Shown: piece by piece, positions 1 to 14,900 of the stretch
Layout of the letters: every line of letters starts with the position of its first letter
Position numbering within the stretch: position 1 is the stretch's first letter
Source: Aplysia californica
Lineage: Eukaryota
NCBI RefSeq assembly: GCF_000002075.1
Contig: NW_004797330.1
Coordinates: 673,368 to 737,367 of the forward strand
Direction: 5' to 3'
DNA length: 64,000 nucleotides
Notes under the pieces: generated by a model
Databases searched by the model: none
Seen by the model: only the letters and a program-made list of their open reading frames with translations
Told to the model about the DNA's origin: nothing
Translations under genes and position numbers: made by a program

Positions 1-1234
1 GGGGGATGCATGTGTGTTTGGGGCGGGGAGGGGGTGTCTGAGTTCTATTCTGCTCCAGGTTTTTCGTTCTATCTGTCGTCTTGCTTTCACGCCACAACCT
101 GCCTATTTATGGCCATTACTCTAGAATTATGACAATGTTGTCTCTTCTCAACTCGTCGAACGATGATATATTATTTTGTTTCGCTCCGGTGATTTCACTC
201 TCTCCGCCCATGCTCGCTCTCTTTTCAAGCTGCATCCACCTCACACCACTTTCAGGATCTTATATTTCTTGTCCACCTTCACTCCTTAGGAGAACGTCTC
301 TTCCCATTGCCCTGTTCAACTCGCTTAACCCTTGTGTAACCACCTAAGCCGTCGCATCCCAAACACCACTACAACCATCCCCCCCTCGTTCCCCTTTATA
401 CATTCACCTGATTCGAGCCTGATCCGAGGATTCGGTCGAGGGAGCTGGGTGAAGTGTGTAAGACAAGTAAGAGGTGTTTTAGGCGACCTAGTTTGTTCCC
501 TGTCAACCTCCTAGCACATGAAAAGGTCGCCTTTTGTGCTTAGTGAATGGGTCTTTTAAAAATGGCCGTCAGATTCTCTTGGTAAAAGAAATCTGCAGGA
601 ACCGGGGGCCCACGAGCAGACACACGGTTCATTACACACGAAAGCAGCAAGATACTTGGGGACTGCGACCCAACAGTAGCACACTCAAGTCTCAAGTTCA
701 ACAGTCAACCGTCAACACAGTAGTCGAAGGAACACGTTCGGCAGGGGCTTGTCCAATTCAAGTACAAGTCTGATGGTGGAGATCCACGCAAGCGATCCAA
801 CATCATATGCCCCTAGATAGACCAAGTAAATTTCCATGCTCCGTCACATCTTTTAACATCGGAAAACGAGTATCACCATTATTATTCTGGTATCAGCACA
901 GTGTCCTTTCGTTGCCATATCGGTATCATTTTTTTAAAGGTTCACGTTGATTCCTTTTGTTTCTTCTCAATGTCGGTGTCGTTTCGTGTGTATATCTATA
1001 CACTTCCAGTTCAAGACGGTCAGCACCATTTTTTAATTCAAAATCCTAACAGTACCATATAAGATTGATAGTGTTAACGGTGTACGCATTCTTCGCTTTA
1101 AGATTCAGGAAAAGTTAAAGGAAAATTAGTGACTTGTACACGCGCACAAGCCCCTAAGGAATACACGCACACTGCCGTACGAATCGGCATATTAATGAGC
1201 CTTCACTGCCAAGTCCCCAAAAGGGCCTGATGCT

Positions 1235-1607
1235 TTAGTTTTAGTAACATTTTACGGCACTTGCAACTGCATAAGCTCAAATGAGCGCCAAGGGGTGGAT
1301 GAGAACAGAAAAGCCCAAATGGGGAATCAGGCTTCTGCTCACCTCTCTTGCCTCAACAGCACAAAGTCTGCTTCGGCTATAAAGACACCCCGGAAATAGC
1401 AGTTCACAAGGGAGTGACAAACATACAAAGGAAGTAGAGGAAAAATGACAATAGTAAGGGTGAGCAAAGAAAAAGCAGCAGTTCCCCCTACGTTGTTTCG
1501 GCTCAGTATGAGCATGTCATTGATAAATCAGCCCATTTACAATTCTTCTTTGCAAAAGAACATAGTCAATATGTCCCCTTTGGGAATGGCCTAAAGACAC
1601 TTCAGTC
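1235..1607 (-). mobile_element. Second copy of family A retroelement 3' end, running into a gap
   Basis: Collinear with 24008-24391. Confidence 0.7.
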
Positions 1608-3796
1608 NNNNNNNNNNNNNNNNNNNNNNNNNNNNNNNNNNNNNNNNNNNNNNNNNNNNNNNNNNNNNNNNNNNNNNNNNNNNNNNNNNNNNNNNNNNNN
1701 NNNNNNNNNNNNNNNNNNNNNNNNNNNNNNNNNNNNNNNNNNNNNNNNNNNNNNNNNNNNNNNNNNNNNNNNNNNNNNNNNNNNNNNNNNNNNNNNNNNN
1801 NNNNNNNNNNNNNNNNNNNNNNNNNNNNNNNNNNNNNNNNNNNNNNNNNNNNNNNNNNNNNNNNNNNNNNNNNNNNNNNNNNNNNNNNNNNNNNNNNNNN
1901 NNNNNGGGCTCCGACCACCCGAACTTCTCCGCTGGCGCAACACAACAGTGTCAATTCTTTCATTGAGCACAATCTTTTTCCTTTATCTTCATTTTGATTT
2001 GGTCCTGTTAATGAAGAGTTCAGCTATAAAAGCGTTCACTGAAAACATCAGATATTTTTTAGACAAGCAATTGAGAAGCAGAAACAACTTTAAGGGCACT
2101 CCTGAAAATAATATTTCCCCCTCCAGCAAGCAACACTGTGTGTGTGTAGTGGGCTAAACTAAACCACTGACGTACGTAAGCTAGGCTTTTCGTCGCAGTG
2201 TGCTGAGACTACCAGATTTAACCCTTAGGTTCACATTGTGCCGGCAAAGGAGTGACTAGAAACGAGAGCGACAAAATTGATTTGTGGAGAGAAATTTGAC
2301 GGAAACTACAAAGTGTACGTAGGCCTATGCCGCGGCTGAACACAGATCTCTCAGCTCTTCACAACGCAGAGAGTAGAAACCTTTCTCTGACATAGATACA
2401 TTACATGACTCTTTATCTGTTTTTGCTTGCACGTTTGCATTTGCTTCTGCCTCTTGGTACAGAATACAGATGCATTAACGCAAAGCTGAAGTCGACGATG
2501 ACAGACTATCAATGATTATTCTTTTGATTCATTCACTTGTGCATACTTATGTGGAGCATAAATGCATGCAGGGAAGCAAAGTAAAAACCACTTGAAAATA
2601 TAAAAAACCCAAAGATTTATTTTAATTCATAAAGACTGGTCTCTTTCGTGTTGGCAGGAGAGAAGGCCTTGCGAAAGCGGGTGAAAGGGTTAACTACCAG
2701 TCAGCTGTCTTCCTGTGTCGCTGTGTGGTAGCCTGAACTCGCTCGGGCGCTCGTCACAGACATTCGAGTGTCGAGCGTTAAGCTGTGCCCCGGCGTTGCA
2801 AGAGGGTGGTGTGGAAAACTAAATTGGGAAGGAGTGGAAAAGTGGGAGGGGAGGGGGCTCTCGTGAGAACTTTACGGTACTGAAGCCAAGATGACACCAA
2901 TTTCGGACAAACTTAAGATGTAATGACAATATGCAGAGAACTGTGAACTGATCAATTTTACGGACGACAAAGGCCAGACAATACCAGGCCTAAATCGTTG
3001 GACAACCTTCTGAACATGGGTCTGAATATGTCTTGGGTATGACTGTGCGCGAGTGTGCGTATGGAATGGGAGAATTCATAGCCTATTCTTTGCGAGGGAC
3101 GTCTAAACTTCACAATTTATATCATGTATACATTGGAATACATTGGAGGTGGGGTGGTCAAGGTAAAACAAAAAGACCTGAACAGTCTGACAAGGCTCGA
3201 AGCTGCTTAAAATGNNNNNNNNNNNNNNNNNNNNNNNNNNNNNNNNNNNNNNNNNNNNNNNNNNNNNNNNNNNNNNNNNNNNNNNNNNNNNNNNNNNNNN
3301 NNNNNNNNNNNNNNNNNNNNNNNNNNNNNNNNNNNNNNNNNNNNNNNNNNNNNNNNNNNNNNNNNNNNNNNNNNNNNNNNNNNNNNNNNNNNNNNNNNNN
3401 NNNNNNNNNNNNNNNNNNNNNNNNNNNNNNNNNNNNNNNNNNNNNNNNNNNNNNNNNNNNNNNNNNNNNNNNNNNNNNNNNNNNNNNNNNNNNNNNNNNN
3501 NNNNNNNNNNNNNNNNNNNNNNNNNNNNNNNNNNNNNNNNNNNNNNNNNNNNNNNNNNNNNNNNNNNNNNNNNNNNNNNNNNNNNNNNNNNNNNNNNNNN
3601 NNNNNNNNNNNNNNNNNNNNNNNNNNNNNNNNNNNNNNNNNNNNNNNNNNNNNNNNNNNNNNNNNNNNNNNNNNNNNNNNNNNNNNNNNNNNNNNNNNNN
3701 NNNNNNNNNNNNNNNNNNNNNNNNNNNNNNNNNNNNNNNNNNNNNNNNNNNNNNNNNNNNNNNNNNNNNNNNNNNNTGTGTGTGTTTGTATGCGTG

Positions 3797-3820
3797 CTAG
3801 AGAGAAAGAGAGACACAGAG

Positions 3821-3873
<53 letters not shown>
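3797..3873. repeat. (GA)n microsatellite
   Basis: Visible dinucleotide run beside a gap. Confidence 0.95.
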
Positions 3874-3875
<2 letters not shown>

Positions 3876-4812
3876 GAAGGAGGGGGTGAAATTGTAGGCT
3901 ATTATCCTGTTACGGCATAGGCCTTTCAACAGTACAAGCTATACAACCTGAACACTCGCGCACCCCATCGATCTTAATTTTACTGCTTTCGTGAAGTAGA
4001 TTTAGATTCTAGATCCACTAGATTCTAATTTTTTTTAAAGAAAAAAAACGCTCTTCATTATTGATTTTCACTTTTTAACAAAAACATATGCAGACATTTT
4101 CTGGCATCTCGGTGTTATTGTTAAGGCCCAATTTGAACAGCAGTGGCACAAGATGGGATGGAATCATATAGAATTAACGTCAGGGCTATATTTAGAAACC
4201 TTGCTCATTCCTGTTAGCCTACTGAAATTGATTTTTATTCTTTCAAAGAAAACCGATTCTGGGCCAAAGAGTAACCTAATGATCATGTAAGATTTCAAAT
4301 TTCAAAGCCACTCGGGATGAATGTATTAGTTTTATAGTGAAGGCTACATGTTTCTTTAATCTGTGTACGTCATTGTAACAATAATAATCTTAACCAGCAG
4401 TGTCCTTGTCGTGATTTCAGTTTCAGACTTCAGAGCGTGCAAGGCGGCAGGGCACTGCAGGAGTAGCGCAAGAAACTCACCAGCCAGAGTAGGTCAAGGA
4501 TGCAGCTAACTGCAGAAGACACGTTCAGACGTGATGAGAATAAAAATATTTAGATTTGGTGAGGCGCGCGTGTGTGTGTGTGTGTCTGTTAGTGTAAAAA
4601 GGGGGTGGGGGGTAAACTTCTAAGGGAGCAAAGGATAGGCGTGTGTGTGTGTGAGGGGGGGACTCTATTTCTGTAACTTTGGTTCTGTCTCTTTTGTTTT
4701 CACATTTTTTCCGGTCTCTTCGTTTTTCTCACTCCCCCTCACACCTCCCCCCTCCCTCTCTCTCTTTGTCTCTGTCTTTCTTTGTCTCTAGGATCTCTGT
4801 TTATTTATATTT

Positions 4813-4813
4813 T

Positions 4814-4888
<75 letters not shown>
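4813..4888. repeat. (CT)n microsatellite
   Basis: Visible run into a gap. Confidence 0.95.
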
Positions 4889-7800
4889 NNNNNNNNNNNN
4901 NNNNNNNNNNNNNNNNNNNNNNNNNNNNNNNNNNNNNNNNNNNNNNNNNNNNNNNNNNNNNNNNNNNNNNNNNNNNNNNNNNNNNNNNNNNNNNNNNNNN
5001 NNNNNNNNNNNNNNNNNNNNNNNNNNNNNNNNNNNNNNNNNNNNNNNNNNNNNNNNNNNNNNNNNNNNNNNNNNNNNNNNNNNNNNNNNNNNNNNNNNNN
5101 NNNNNNNNNNNNNNNNNNNNNNNNNNNNNNNNNNNNNNNNNNNNNNNNNNNNNNNNNNNNNNNNNNNNNNNNNNNNNNNNNNNNNNNNNNNNNNNNNNNN
5201 NNNNNNNNNNNNNNNNNNNNNNNNNNNNNNNNNNNNNNNNNNNNNNNNNNNNNNNNNNNNNNNNNNNNNNNNNNNNNNNNNNNNNNNNNNNNNNNNNNNN
5301 NNNNNNNNNNNNNNNNNNNNNNNNNNNNNNNNNNNNNNNNNNNNNNNNNNNNNNNNNNNNNNNNNNNNNNNNNNNNNNNNNNNNNNNNNNNNNNNNNNNN
5401 NNNNNNNNNNNNNNNNNNNNNNNNNNNNNNNNNNNNNNNNNNNNNNNNNNNNNNNNNNNNNNNNNNNNNNNNNNNNNNNNNNNNNNNNNNNNNNNNNNNN
5501 NNNNNNNNNNNNNNNNNNNNNNNNNNNNNNNNNNNNNNNNNNNNNNNNNNNNNNNNNNNNNNNNNNNNNNNNNNNNNNNNNNNNNNNNNNNNNNNNNNNN
5601 NNNNNNNNNNNATGTATGTGTAGTGACCTATAAAAACATTTTACCGACGGTAAAGTGTCTGAAGTATAGTAATGTAAGTACATTATTTAGAGAGCCTAGA
5701 GATGCTCTCGCTAAAAAATGGACCATTGTTCTCGTCACGAGCCTCTACTCGGATAGCCTAGGCTCTAGACTCTTGGCCTAAAGTGTAGTACCGATGGTCT
5801 ACCGCGATGTAGGCTACGTGATGTGTACAATACAAGTACAATAGGTTATCATCTTTGGTCTCCTTCAATAATCTCACCATGAATCATTTCCATCTTTCAT
5901 GTGTTTAATGGGTCCATAAATATATATCATGTCAGAATACACAACGAGTCTTGCTCCCAGTAGGTCAGTTTACGCTGTTCTTTTAACACACAGAGAACGA
6001 TAGGTATTTCTGAAACATATTGTTCTTGACTTCACCAAAAGAACACAAGAACTTAAGGTTAAGCAGAAAAAAATATTTATGTAATGTAAATAGATGTGTA
6101 CATTGCAGTGTTGATTGGTTTTTGTTTATGATTGTTTCGGGGTTGTTGGGTGGGGTTTTTTCAAGAACGGATCTATTAGATTCTATTCTATGTTCAAAGA
6201 AATAGTATTTTATAGGTTAAAGGAAATTTGCTGTCTATCTAAATCTGGTTTCTTGTTTAACTTTTGACTGATCAGTTAGGGGATGGAAAACTATTAGACT
6301 ATGATTACAACTCCCAGTCCTATCTGAGAGGAGAGAAAAAAGTTACAGTGTTACAGACCCCGAGAGAGTGCCCGCGAGGCAACCGCTCCGATGTCAACGG
6401 TGTGTTGTCAAACTCAAAGCAACCAAACCTTGATCTTCTACAAATATTATGAAGCATTGCTCAATGCTTTTATAAGTAAGACGTATAAAAGTCACCTCGA
6501 TTCGATGAACCAAATTCGAATTGTTTTACATTACCGGTTATCGTTTTAGGTTTGGGGATCCGAAATGCGAGCGACGTGCAAATGTTGGCTAGGTCAACAA
6601 GTCATGTACATCATGTATCATTACAATACATTTGGAAATCTTGCCAGTGGTTGTTCACCATGATAATAATTTCTTGATTTCAACTCCAACGACTAGACCA
6701 GCGGTAACGCAAAATGGCGCACTGCCATCGCGTAGAAGGGGTGATGATCCCCCCACCCTTCTTCTCCATGTCCCTCTTTCACTTTCAGGGTATCCAGCAT
6801 ACTCTTTTTTGAAAAATACTCCCGTGGGTCTAAGACTTGAAGGCCTATGTCTTCTTGCACCTCATAATAGGTTTCTACTACGATAAATAAACACTGTGGT
6901 CCTCGCCACGGACCAATATGATGAATTGAAAGGGAACGAACAGCGAAAATAATTATGTTGCAAGTTACTGGTTTACCAAATTTTGATGGAAATTGTGTGG
7001 CTGTCCCTGGGCGATCTGAACTGTTCCCGTGGCCAGCAGAGAAGCCTACAGGACTCTATACTATAAGTTATAAGCACATCATAGTCGTTTCTGGTCCTGG
7101 CTGCACCCCGGTTGCTCCAAGAACCAGCAGCATTCATTCGATCATAACCGTCATAACGCATTACCAGTACTTAAAAAAACAACAACTTATTATACAGTAT
7201 TACTACTATTACCCCACCCCGTTCATCACGCCTACAAACTGAACGCGCTACCTTCCTTGCTTGAAAGTGAAGGTTGCCTTGTTTCCATGACCTTCCACAT
7301 CTCTTTTGAGTTCAGCTGGACAAATAGTCTATGGAATATAAATTATGAACTTCAGCTCGAAGTCGGGGCTGTTACAACTCAAGACTCAGACCTACGGGAA
7401 AAGGGATCTTCGTTATTTGATGAAGATAAAAAGATACCTTATCTGACTTATCATCTTGTAGTAGAAGTAAAAGAAGGGCCTACCAAGTGACGTAGATAAA
7501 GGCCAAGCGTCTGGTCCATCTTTCACGTGGCCAAGATCTTCGATCTATGCACAATGTCCCGATACACAGTACAAGTATCCTCTGGCTGGTGTCGGTCCAC
7601 TTGACGGTCTACCGCGATAATGCGGCCAACCGCAAAAGCCGCCAGACTGAACACGATCTACCAGACGAAAAATGAATGCTATCGTTTGGCAAAGCCCGCG
7701 CAAGGTATGTTCTATTCAGTCAGTCAGCCCCACAACCTGATCCACTACATGTACTTTCATGAAATCAGGTAAGATCTCTATGCAACCCCTTCCGCACCTT

Positions 7801-8471
7801 GGAAGCATCTTATTAATAAACGCCAATGACAATCCCAACCCTGTATAAACGCAAAGGAAAATGTATGGTATAGTGGACTATATGACTGGGACTGGGAGAC
7901 CGTCGAGTAGAGGAACAGAAACATAACGGTAGACTGTAGAGTGGACCGGCACCTCTTCTCTTGATACGGTACTCTTATAATTACAAAAGGGTACCACGCC
8001 CCGGATTTATAAATGCCCTGCAAGATCATCTACAAGGTGGGACCTCCGAAATCAAGGTACGTCTCCGATAGGACAGAGCCTCGTCGGCTATCTGAGATTC
8101 CAAGATAGCCTTGGAGGACCTAGCCAAATGCCAAATGGGTGGTGAGCCTTGAACTTGAACTCTTCCCCTGGCGATTCAGGGTTTGGGGGCTTCGACGAAC
8201 CACAGCCATTCGCACCCTTTCATAACTTGATCAACAAAGTGAACTACAGACGCATCCGTCTTCCTATGTACTAACTACAAGGGAAATTGATGACGAAAGG
8301 GAGGAAAGGAGAAAGAGTTCAGTAGTTCTGCCAAAGTTTTCGGGTGGGTTTTTGTTTCCTTTGATTGTGAAATCTGAGGGCTGGTGTCCGATCCTTCATG
8401 GCGTAGTATCAACAACAACGTGATTTAGACGCACAGTACAGGGCCCACTCGAGGAAAGAACGTCTGAAGCA

Positions 8472-8545
<74 letters not shown>
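8472..8545. repeat. (GA)n microsatellite
   Basis: Visible run. Confidence 0.95.
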
Positions 8546-8765
8546 TCAACTTAAATCAAAATGTGCGGGACAGCCAGATTTTCTTCAGTTTAACCGGGAG
8601 TATCAAGTTTAGGAAAATAAAATTGTTCAACTTATAGAGTTTTACAAATCGGTGATTTTATTTTCTTTTTCAGTTTTCCGCTGTTTCCGGATTAATCGTG
8701 TTTTGATTTTAAATGTTCAGTTTACGTGGACTCCACTGCACTCTTCTTCATATATATCACTCCTC

Positions 8766-8936
8766 AGTTTTAGAAAGATTTTTACGGCATTTGCAACACA
8801 CACAAAATCATAAGTGCCGAATATTACAGGTGTCATAGAGTAACAAGCACAAAAAAGAAGGAGTAGAGATCAGGAAGATAGATGCTTGGCAGGAAAGAAG
8901 GAGCGAACCACACCAGAGCACTCGCCAACCATCCAC
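8766..8936 (-). mobile_element. Retroelement 3' end, family B, second copy
   Basis: Collinear with 22254-22432 (gaaagaaggagc..accacaccagagcac.cgccaacca). Confidence 0.6.
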
Positions 8937-11900
8937 ATCAAATCACTCCAACTCAAGCTTTTGCGTGTCAATAAGAAGAGTGACCGGTACACAATATCAA
9001 GAGTACCGTAGGCGCCATATCATTGGCGTGCCTACGGTACTCTTAGTCTTATACATGTACTTATATTATACCTTCATGTAGAAGCATTGGCTTGTCATTC
9101 CAGTACATGTATTATCATACTGTATTACGAGCAAAGAAAGCAACAACCGAAGCCAGCATCTATAATATAATAAAATAATATGGTTTTGATTATTGAATAA
9201 CTCCTATAAAAAGGTTTAACATGGTAAACGAAGATAAAAATAAAACCACAAAGTTCATTGTTTACTTTTGTAGCTGAAATTCAGTTTAGAATGTTTATTA
9301 CTCCTGCTTTGTGCAAACTGCTACGCTGACAGTGTCATACAAACTGACATGATAGCAACAGTATTTTCAAACAAGTTATATATTTTTAGAGCTGTGTATA
9401 CAATTTAAAAATAAAAGTTTATGTACCTTTGTATTTGTCATCACATTCTTAAAGTTGTTTTTTTTGGAACCACCCCTCGTCCCCTGTTGACAAACTTTCC
9501 TAGGGTAATGTTATGTACAAGTATCACAAGGGTCTAGCGCAATACAAAGTGGTCAATTAAAAAGATATTTGAAAAGAAATCCACCCTAGATCATTCCAAC
9601 TTGTTGTTTCATACTACTGACTTCTTTGTAAAGAGTATTTTACTGGCTGTCAAGACTATTTATCATTTGAACATTAAAAAAAAAAGATCTAGATCCAGCA
9701 CCTTAAACAAAAACAATATTTTTAAAATCTGACTGGTTCTGAAGTTTTCCTTCCTGAAGTTTTACTGTTTTCATGGAATAAACTCACTGGCAATAGAGCT
9801 TATTCGTATCTTTAAAATAGTTGCAGTGGAAACCTGATATGACAGGGATGGTGGGACCAGTGAAAAAGTCCTGTTATATCAGATCCCTGTTAAATCAGAA
9901 ATGCAAGGGAAGTAAGCATTTGTGGACTAATCCAGCTGTACTTATTCATGGGCAGTTCCTCATTACCTGCGCATGACACATTAAGCGTNNNNNNNNNNNN
10001 NNNNNNNNNNNNNNNNNNNNNNNNNNNNNNNNNNNNNNNNNNNNNNNNNNNNNNNNNNNNNNNNNNNNNNNNNNNNNNNNNNNNNNNNNNNNNNNNNNNN
10101 NNNNNNNNNNNNNNNNNNNNNNNNNNNNNNNNNNNNNNNNNNNNNNNNNNNNNNNNNNNNNNNNNNNNNNNNNNNNNNNNNNNNNNNNNNNNNNNNNNNN
10201 NNNNNNNNNNNNNNNNNNNNNNNNNNNNNNNNNNNNNNNNNNNNNNNNNNNNNNNNNNNNNNNNNNNNNNTTCTTCCTCCATGCGACTTTCCGAAGGTTC
10301 TATCTGGCCCTGGTGTTCATCGAGTATACATTGTATAAAATTTACTCTCCACATGACGACATCCACTCACTGTCAAAGCCTCTGTGCAAAAATGATGCCC
10401 ACATGAACGGTAGATCAGATGGTGATTTTAAATTTTGCTATCATAGTGATTCTGCTCACTAGATCTATTTCCTAAAAACAAAATGATATTGGACTAGTCT
10501 AGATAGTTAGAATGGTGCAAGGTTGATCCTGAGGCCAATGCATCAAACTTACAATTTAGGAGTTTCTCAAAACAATTCCTGTCTGGGATTCATAATGCTA
10601 AAAAAACCTAATATGCAGAGGCAATCGGAAAAATACTTTGGAAACTTTGGTCAGAAAACTCGATACAGGCACTGAGATAACAGAAACACACACACACACA
10701 TTACATAAACTATGGATCCAACCAAACAAGTAATTAGAGGTGTCGCAGTTTTCTCAGCCGAGAAGAAGGTTTTTATTCTGATTTCAAACACAGATAATTA
10801 ACTCCTTGGGCAGCATTTTATCAGAGTCATCTCATCGAAGAAGCAGAGGAAAAAAATTCCAAATCAATAGTCAGCAACATCCAATTTCAACAATAGTGGG
10901 CCTATATAACTTTTCCAACATTGCTGATGAGAGCAGTAAACATTTCTGAAAAAAATATTCTGTTCACAAGGACAATTATGAGAAGCTGCTCATTCTGGCT
11001 CGCTCCAAGACACAAAAGACAAAAGAAATTCAGTAACCAGATACGGATTACATTATAAGTTAATTATAATGCAAATGGTATCTCTAGATTTCAAATTGTT
11101 TTTCTAAATTTTGTAGGTAGGACCTTTGAATTTTTCAGTGACCCTTTAGAACCTAAGACATGCTGATGAAGATGTTGAATGTATTAAAAATCAGATTAAA
11201 GCCAAGTGAATTCGCCTTGAATCAATTCCATTTCTTCAGATTTTGTATCACAAACGTGACATTTTAACAAAGTGAAAGTGACCCCTGAAGTAACTGAGAC
11301 AGAAGAGACAGGAGAAGTTCCAATTCAATGCCATGGAACAACAAGCATGTTGGACAACTGCAACCAAACACACAAGACTGTTATAATTTGTCAAGACCAT
11401 TCAAATGTTAATTCATCAGATTATTTATTTTGAGAAAATAAAAGCAACATGAAGGATGGATAAAAAGATATAATTGAACATTCATGCCCTAGTATAGGAT
11501 GGCATGAAATAACTCAAGGAAACATATTTTTTTGAGTTTTTCAAATATACCTTTTAAACTTTTTTTGTGACAATGAAACATCTTGCTTTCAAAGTGAAAA
11601 AGCTTATATATTCGAAAATGCTGACAAGAGATAAATGATTCATTATAATATATGTGATACACAATGTCTTTCTGTAAATATATATAATACAAACTGTACA
11701 TTCATTCCAATTTTTTTTTTCTACATTAACTGTTGCCTGATTTACGTGCGTACAGTTACGACACAAAGGCACAGAGAACATAATTATCACAATGACATGC
11801 ACAATGTACACCATAATAGTCATAGTTTTGGATTTAATGAAAACAAATTGAACATGAAAAGCTGTCAAACGTTTACAGAGAACAAAAAATCTGAACCTAC

Positions 11901-14900
11901 AGTGGGATGACATGCCTTTTGAAAAAATAGTTACAATACAGTCTGCAGTGTAAAGAAAAATTAATGTGATACTAGAAATTATAGAAACACAAAATAACAA
12001 TAAATTTGTTAGTTTTCGTAAAACATGGGGGAAAGTCTTTACCCGAGAAACAAAACAAGAAAAATTCTTCATAAAATGTATCACACAGACTTTCACTTTA
12101 AAAACAAGGGAGCTTATAGCCCACAGAGCTACAATCAACTCAAAGGCATTGTAATTTTTTGCTATGGCTAAGATAGCTCAGCTGTTTTATAGGAAAACAA
12201 AAAGCAAAAATTCTCCACACACAGCATATTGTCCAGTCTATGGATACATGTGCGCGCCGTATAGATAAACTTTTCTACTTTAACAATTCACTAACAAAAG
12301 CTCACTATATCAATGACGTGCTCTTGTTTAGCTCATTAAAAAAGGATAAAATAAACAGCAGGAAATACCATCAATTTAATCAGACAGACTGATAATAACC
12401 TCTTTTCATTTCTATTTTATAAACCTACACACAAAAAGAAGAAAACCCCCCATCTATCTGCAATTCCTGGGGAACAAAAATAAAGACTGTGTAAGAACAA
12501 AACTAGCTTTATCATTTATGACAGTGTTGACAAAACCACAGAAACAAAACAAAAAATTTCATGGTAATGACAGTTACAGTACAGTGTACAGTACAATATG
12601 CAACATAAGTCGAGATCTATTTTCAACATGAAAACTCCAACACGTTCACTTTGCACCACAGCTTCTTTTCAAAGGTTTGCTTGGAAAACTCATGTATGTG
12701 TTATGACATGGTAGAATCAGGCGCTCGTCAATTTTTGAGTACATTGAGTTATTGGTACCATTATAAAGCTTGTTCATTTGTCTTGGTTGTGATTAAAAAA
12801 TTACCCATCTTTCTCGAATGGAAGACAAGATATTTGCAATTGAAGGAGGTGGGGGTTGCCTGATTTCAGAGGTAAAATTTGTGAGAAAATGGCAGCCAAA
12901 GATGAGTTATTTACTTAGCTTGAGAGTCCATGGAAACTTAAAATTTTCAGTTTTTGTTCCTTTAATCAACATTTTTCAGTAAAATCCACCCAGAAATTAG
13001 TTCTTTACTGGGCATGAAAGGTGTTAGAGCCAAAAAACAAAAATTTGATAAAAATCCACAAACCTGCGGGAAAATTAAAGTTTATTCGTTTTGATTATAA
13101 TTTTGACGAGAGCCTGATGTCACCACGCTGCCTCACACATATGATACCAGTACCAGCAAGGTGTTGATTTCAGCACTTACAAAAGTATTAGTAAAAAGGC
13201 TTCAGGAACATACTTCAAATAAAATTGATGAAGATAACTTGAAAAAAAAATAAAAACGGGGGGGAAAAAACCAAGGCAGTTTCTGCAGTTGCCAATCATT
13301 GACTCATTTACGGCCAGGTGCATCAGGAACTTTAACCACATTTCATGATTTAAAAGAACAAAGGTTTGTGAATTATAAATCCGAAGGCAGCCAGCTATTT
13401 ACAGTAAAGTTAGCTGCCAAACACAACACTGATATAGTGGAACACAAACACACACTGTGTACACTTTTCTTTCTTACATTAAATATGATACTGGTGTATA
13501 CATACGGTACCATAAAAACATGACAGTAAAACTGTACACAAATCAATCTCAAACCAGTAAAGCATCAGCTCTAAAATTCTAATCCTATAATACAGGCTGA
13601 AACTGGTCAGTTTTGTCAAGTTTGTTCAGGTTTGCTGAAGTTTTAACAACACATAAAAATTCTTCTTACATAATATATCACATGTTCCAAATTCAGTTGA
13701 TAAAATTTGAACATATTTGGTTTGAAAATATGTTTCGAACACTGCAACAGAATAATACAACACTCCCACCTCCTCCTCATCACACCACTCCTTTTAGGAA
13801 AAAAGTATTGGAGAAACTGGATTTTAAAAATATACTAATCTTCTTTGAAAGTCAAAGACTTTAAGTGACATGAAAAATGTTTAGAACTGTCAAGCTTCTC
13901 AGCCATCAGTTGAGGTAATCGGGATTATTTCACCAGAGAAAAGTAATCGCACATGTTTCAACACTCAAGATCAGATTCTCTTTCGTCAGCAATGAAACTA
14001 TCACAGAGTATTCATGATGCAAACAGTAACAGTGGCTGAGCACACACACAAACAAACATATTGGTATCGTATGGTACCATCTTCATCTAGTTCAGAACAG
14101 GAACCATGTGTAAAACCCTGATAAATCTGAAAGCAAAGTGTAGAATCCAGTGAATCAGTCCAAACAGTTGTCTCCAACAATGCGTATCACAATGGGATAG
14201 ACAAAGAAAAGAACATTTTCACTATATATTTACAAGTAATACAATTTAATGGGATACTACTCGACGAAAGACTTGATAGTAATAAGGTGTGTTTCTTAAG
14301 TGCAACAGACTGAAATGTTGAAAATCAAAACAAAACCAAAACCAAAACATGTGGTGTACAAAAAAGTCATGATAGCTTGCATGAAATCTAAAATTCTTCC
14401 ATCATATGCGAGCATAATATTGCGTACTGTTATGCAGTGGAATACACACAAACTCCACTCTCTGTCCCAAAATAGTAGAGTGGTACAAGAGGCGGCTCAA
14501 CTACCACAGTCCTCCAGATGTTTTAACTAAACAGAAAACAAAGACATTGTGCAACCGTAATAGCTTCTCTTGGCAGGTCACACAGGGCAAGGAATAATCA
14601 TAAGCCATTGTCAGTCGCCGTGACACAAGAAGTGAAAGCAGAAAAAGATTTGTTTGCTGCCTCTGACTCTGAGAGAATTATAAAATAAATGCAAAGGAAA
14701 TGATACAAGTATCGAACAAAATACAGTGACAAACACACATGAACTGGACAAGATGATGCTGCTTGAGAAAAGTATAATAACCCTTTTACGTGACAGGATT
14801 TTGCAACATGAACATGCACGTACAGTTATCCAAAAGTACTTGAAAAAAATAGAAAAGGAAGAATTTAAGATTTCTGCTTTTCATTTTAGGTAAACTAAAT

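Noticed and set aside
2222-2689. piggyBac-like MITE (TTAA|CCCTT...AAGGG|TTAA)
   Set aside because: Inverted match is only ~5 bp beyond TTAA, which is insufficient.
6550-8470. GC-richer block with AAAATGGCG motif as a possible gene or promoter (also 1-830)
   Set aside because: No consistent exon chain or recognisable peptide; left unannotated.
1517-10406. Long ORFs spanning N-gaps or (GA)n/(CT)n runs (also 19970-20461, 53843-54325)
   Set aside because: Artefacts of Ns and dinucleotide repeats (poly-X, SLSL, ERER).
11554-12138. 194-aa ORF downstream of Maf
   Set aside because: Composition typical of U-rich non-coding sequence, with no recognisable domain.
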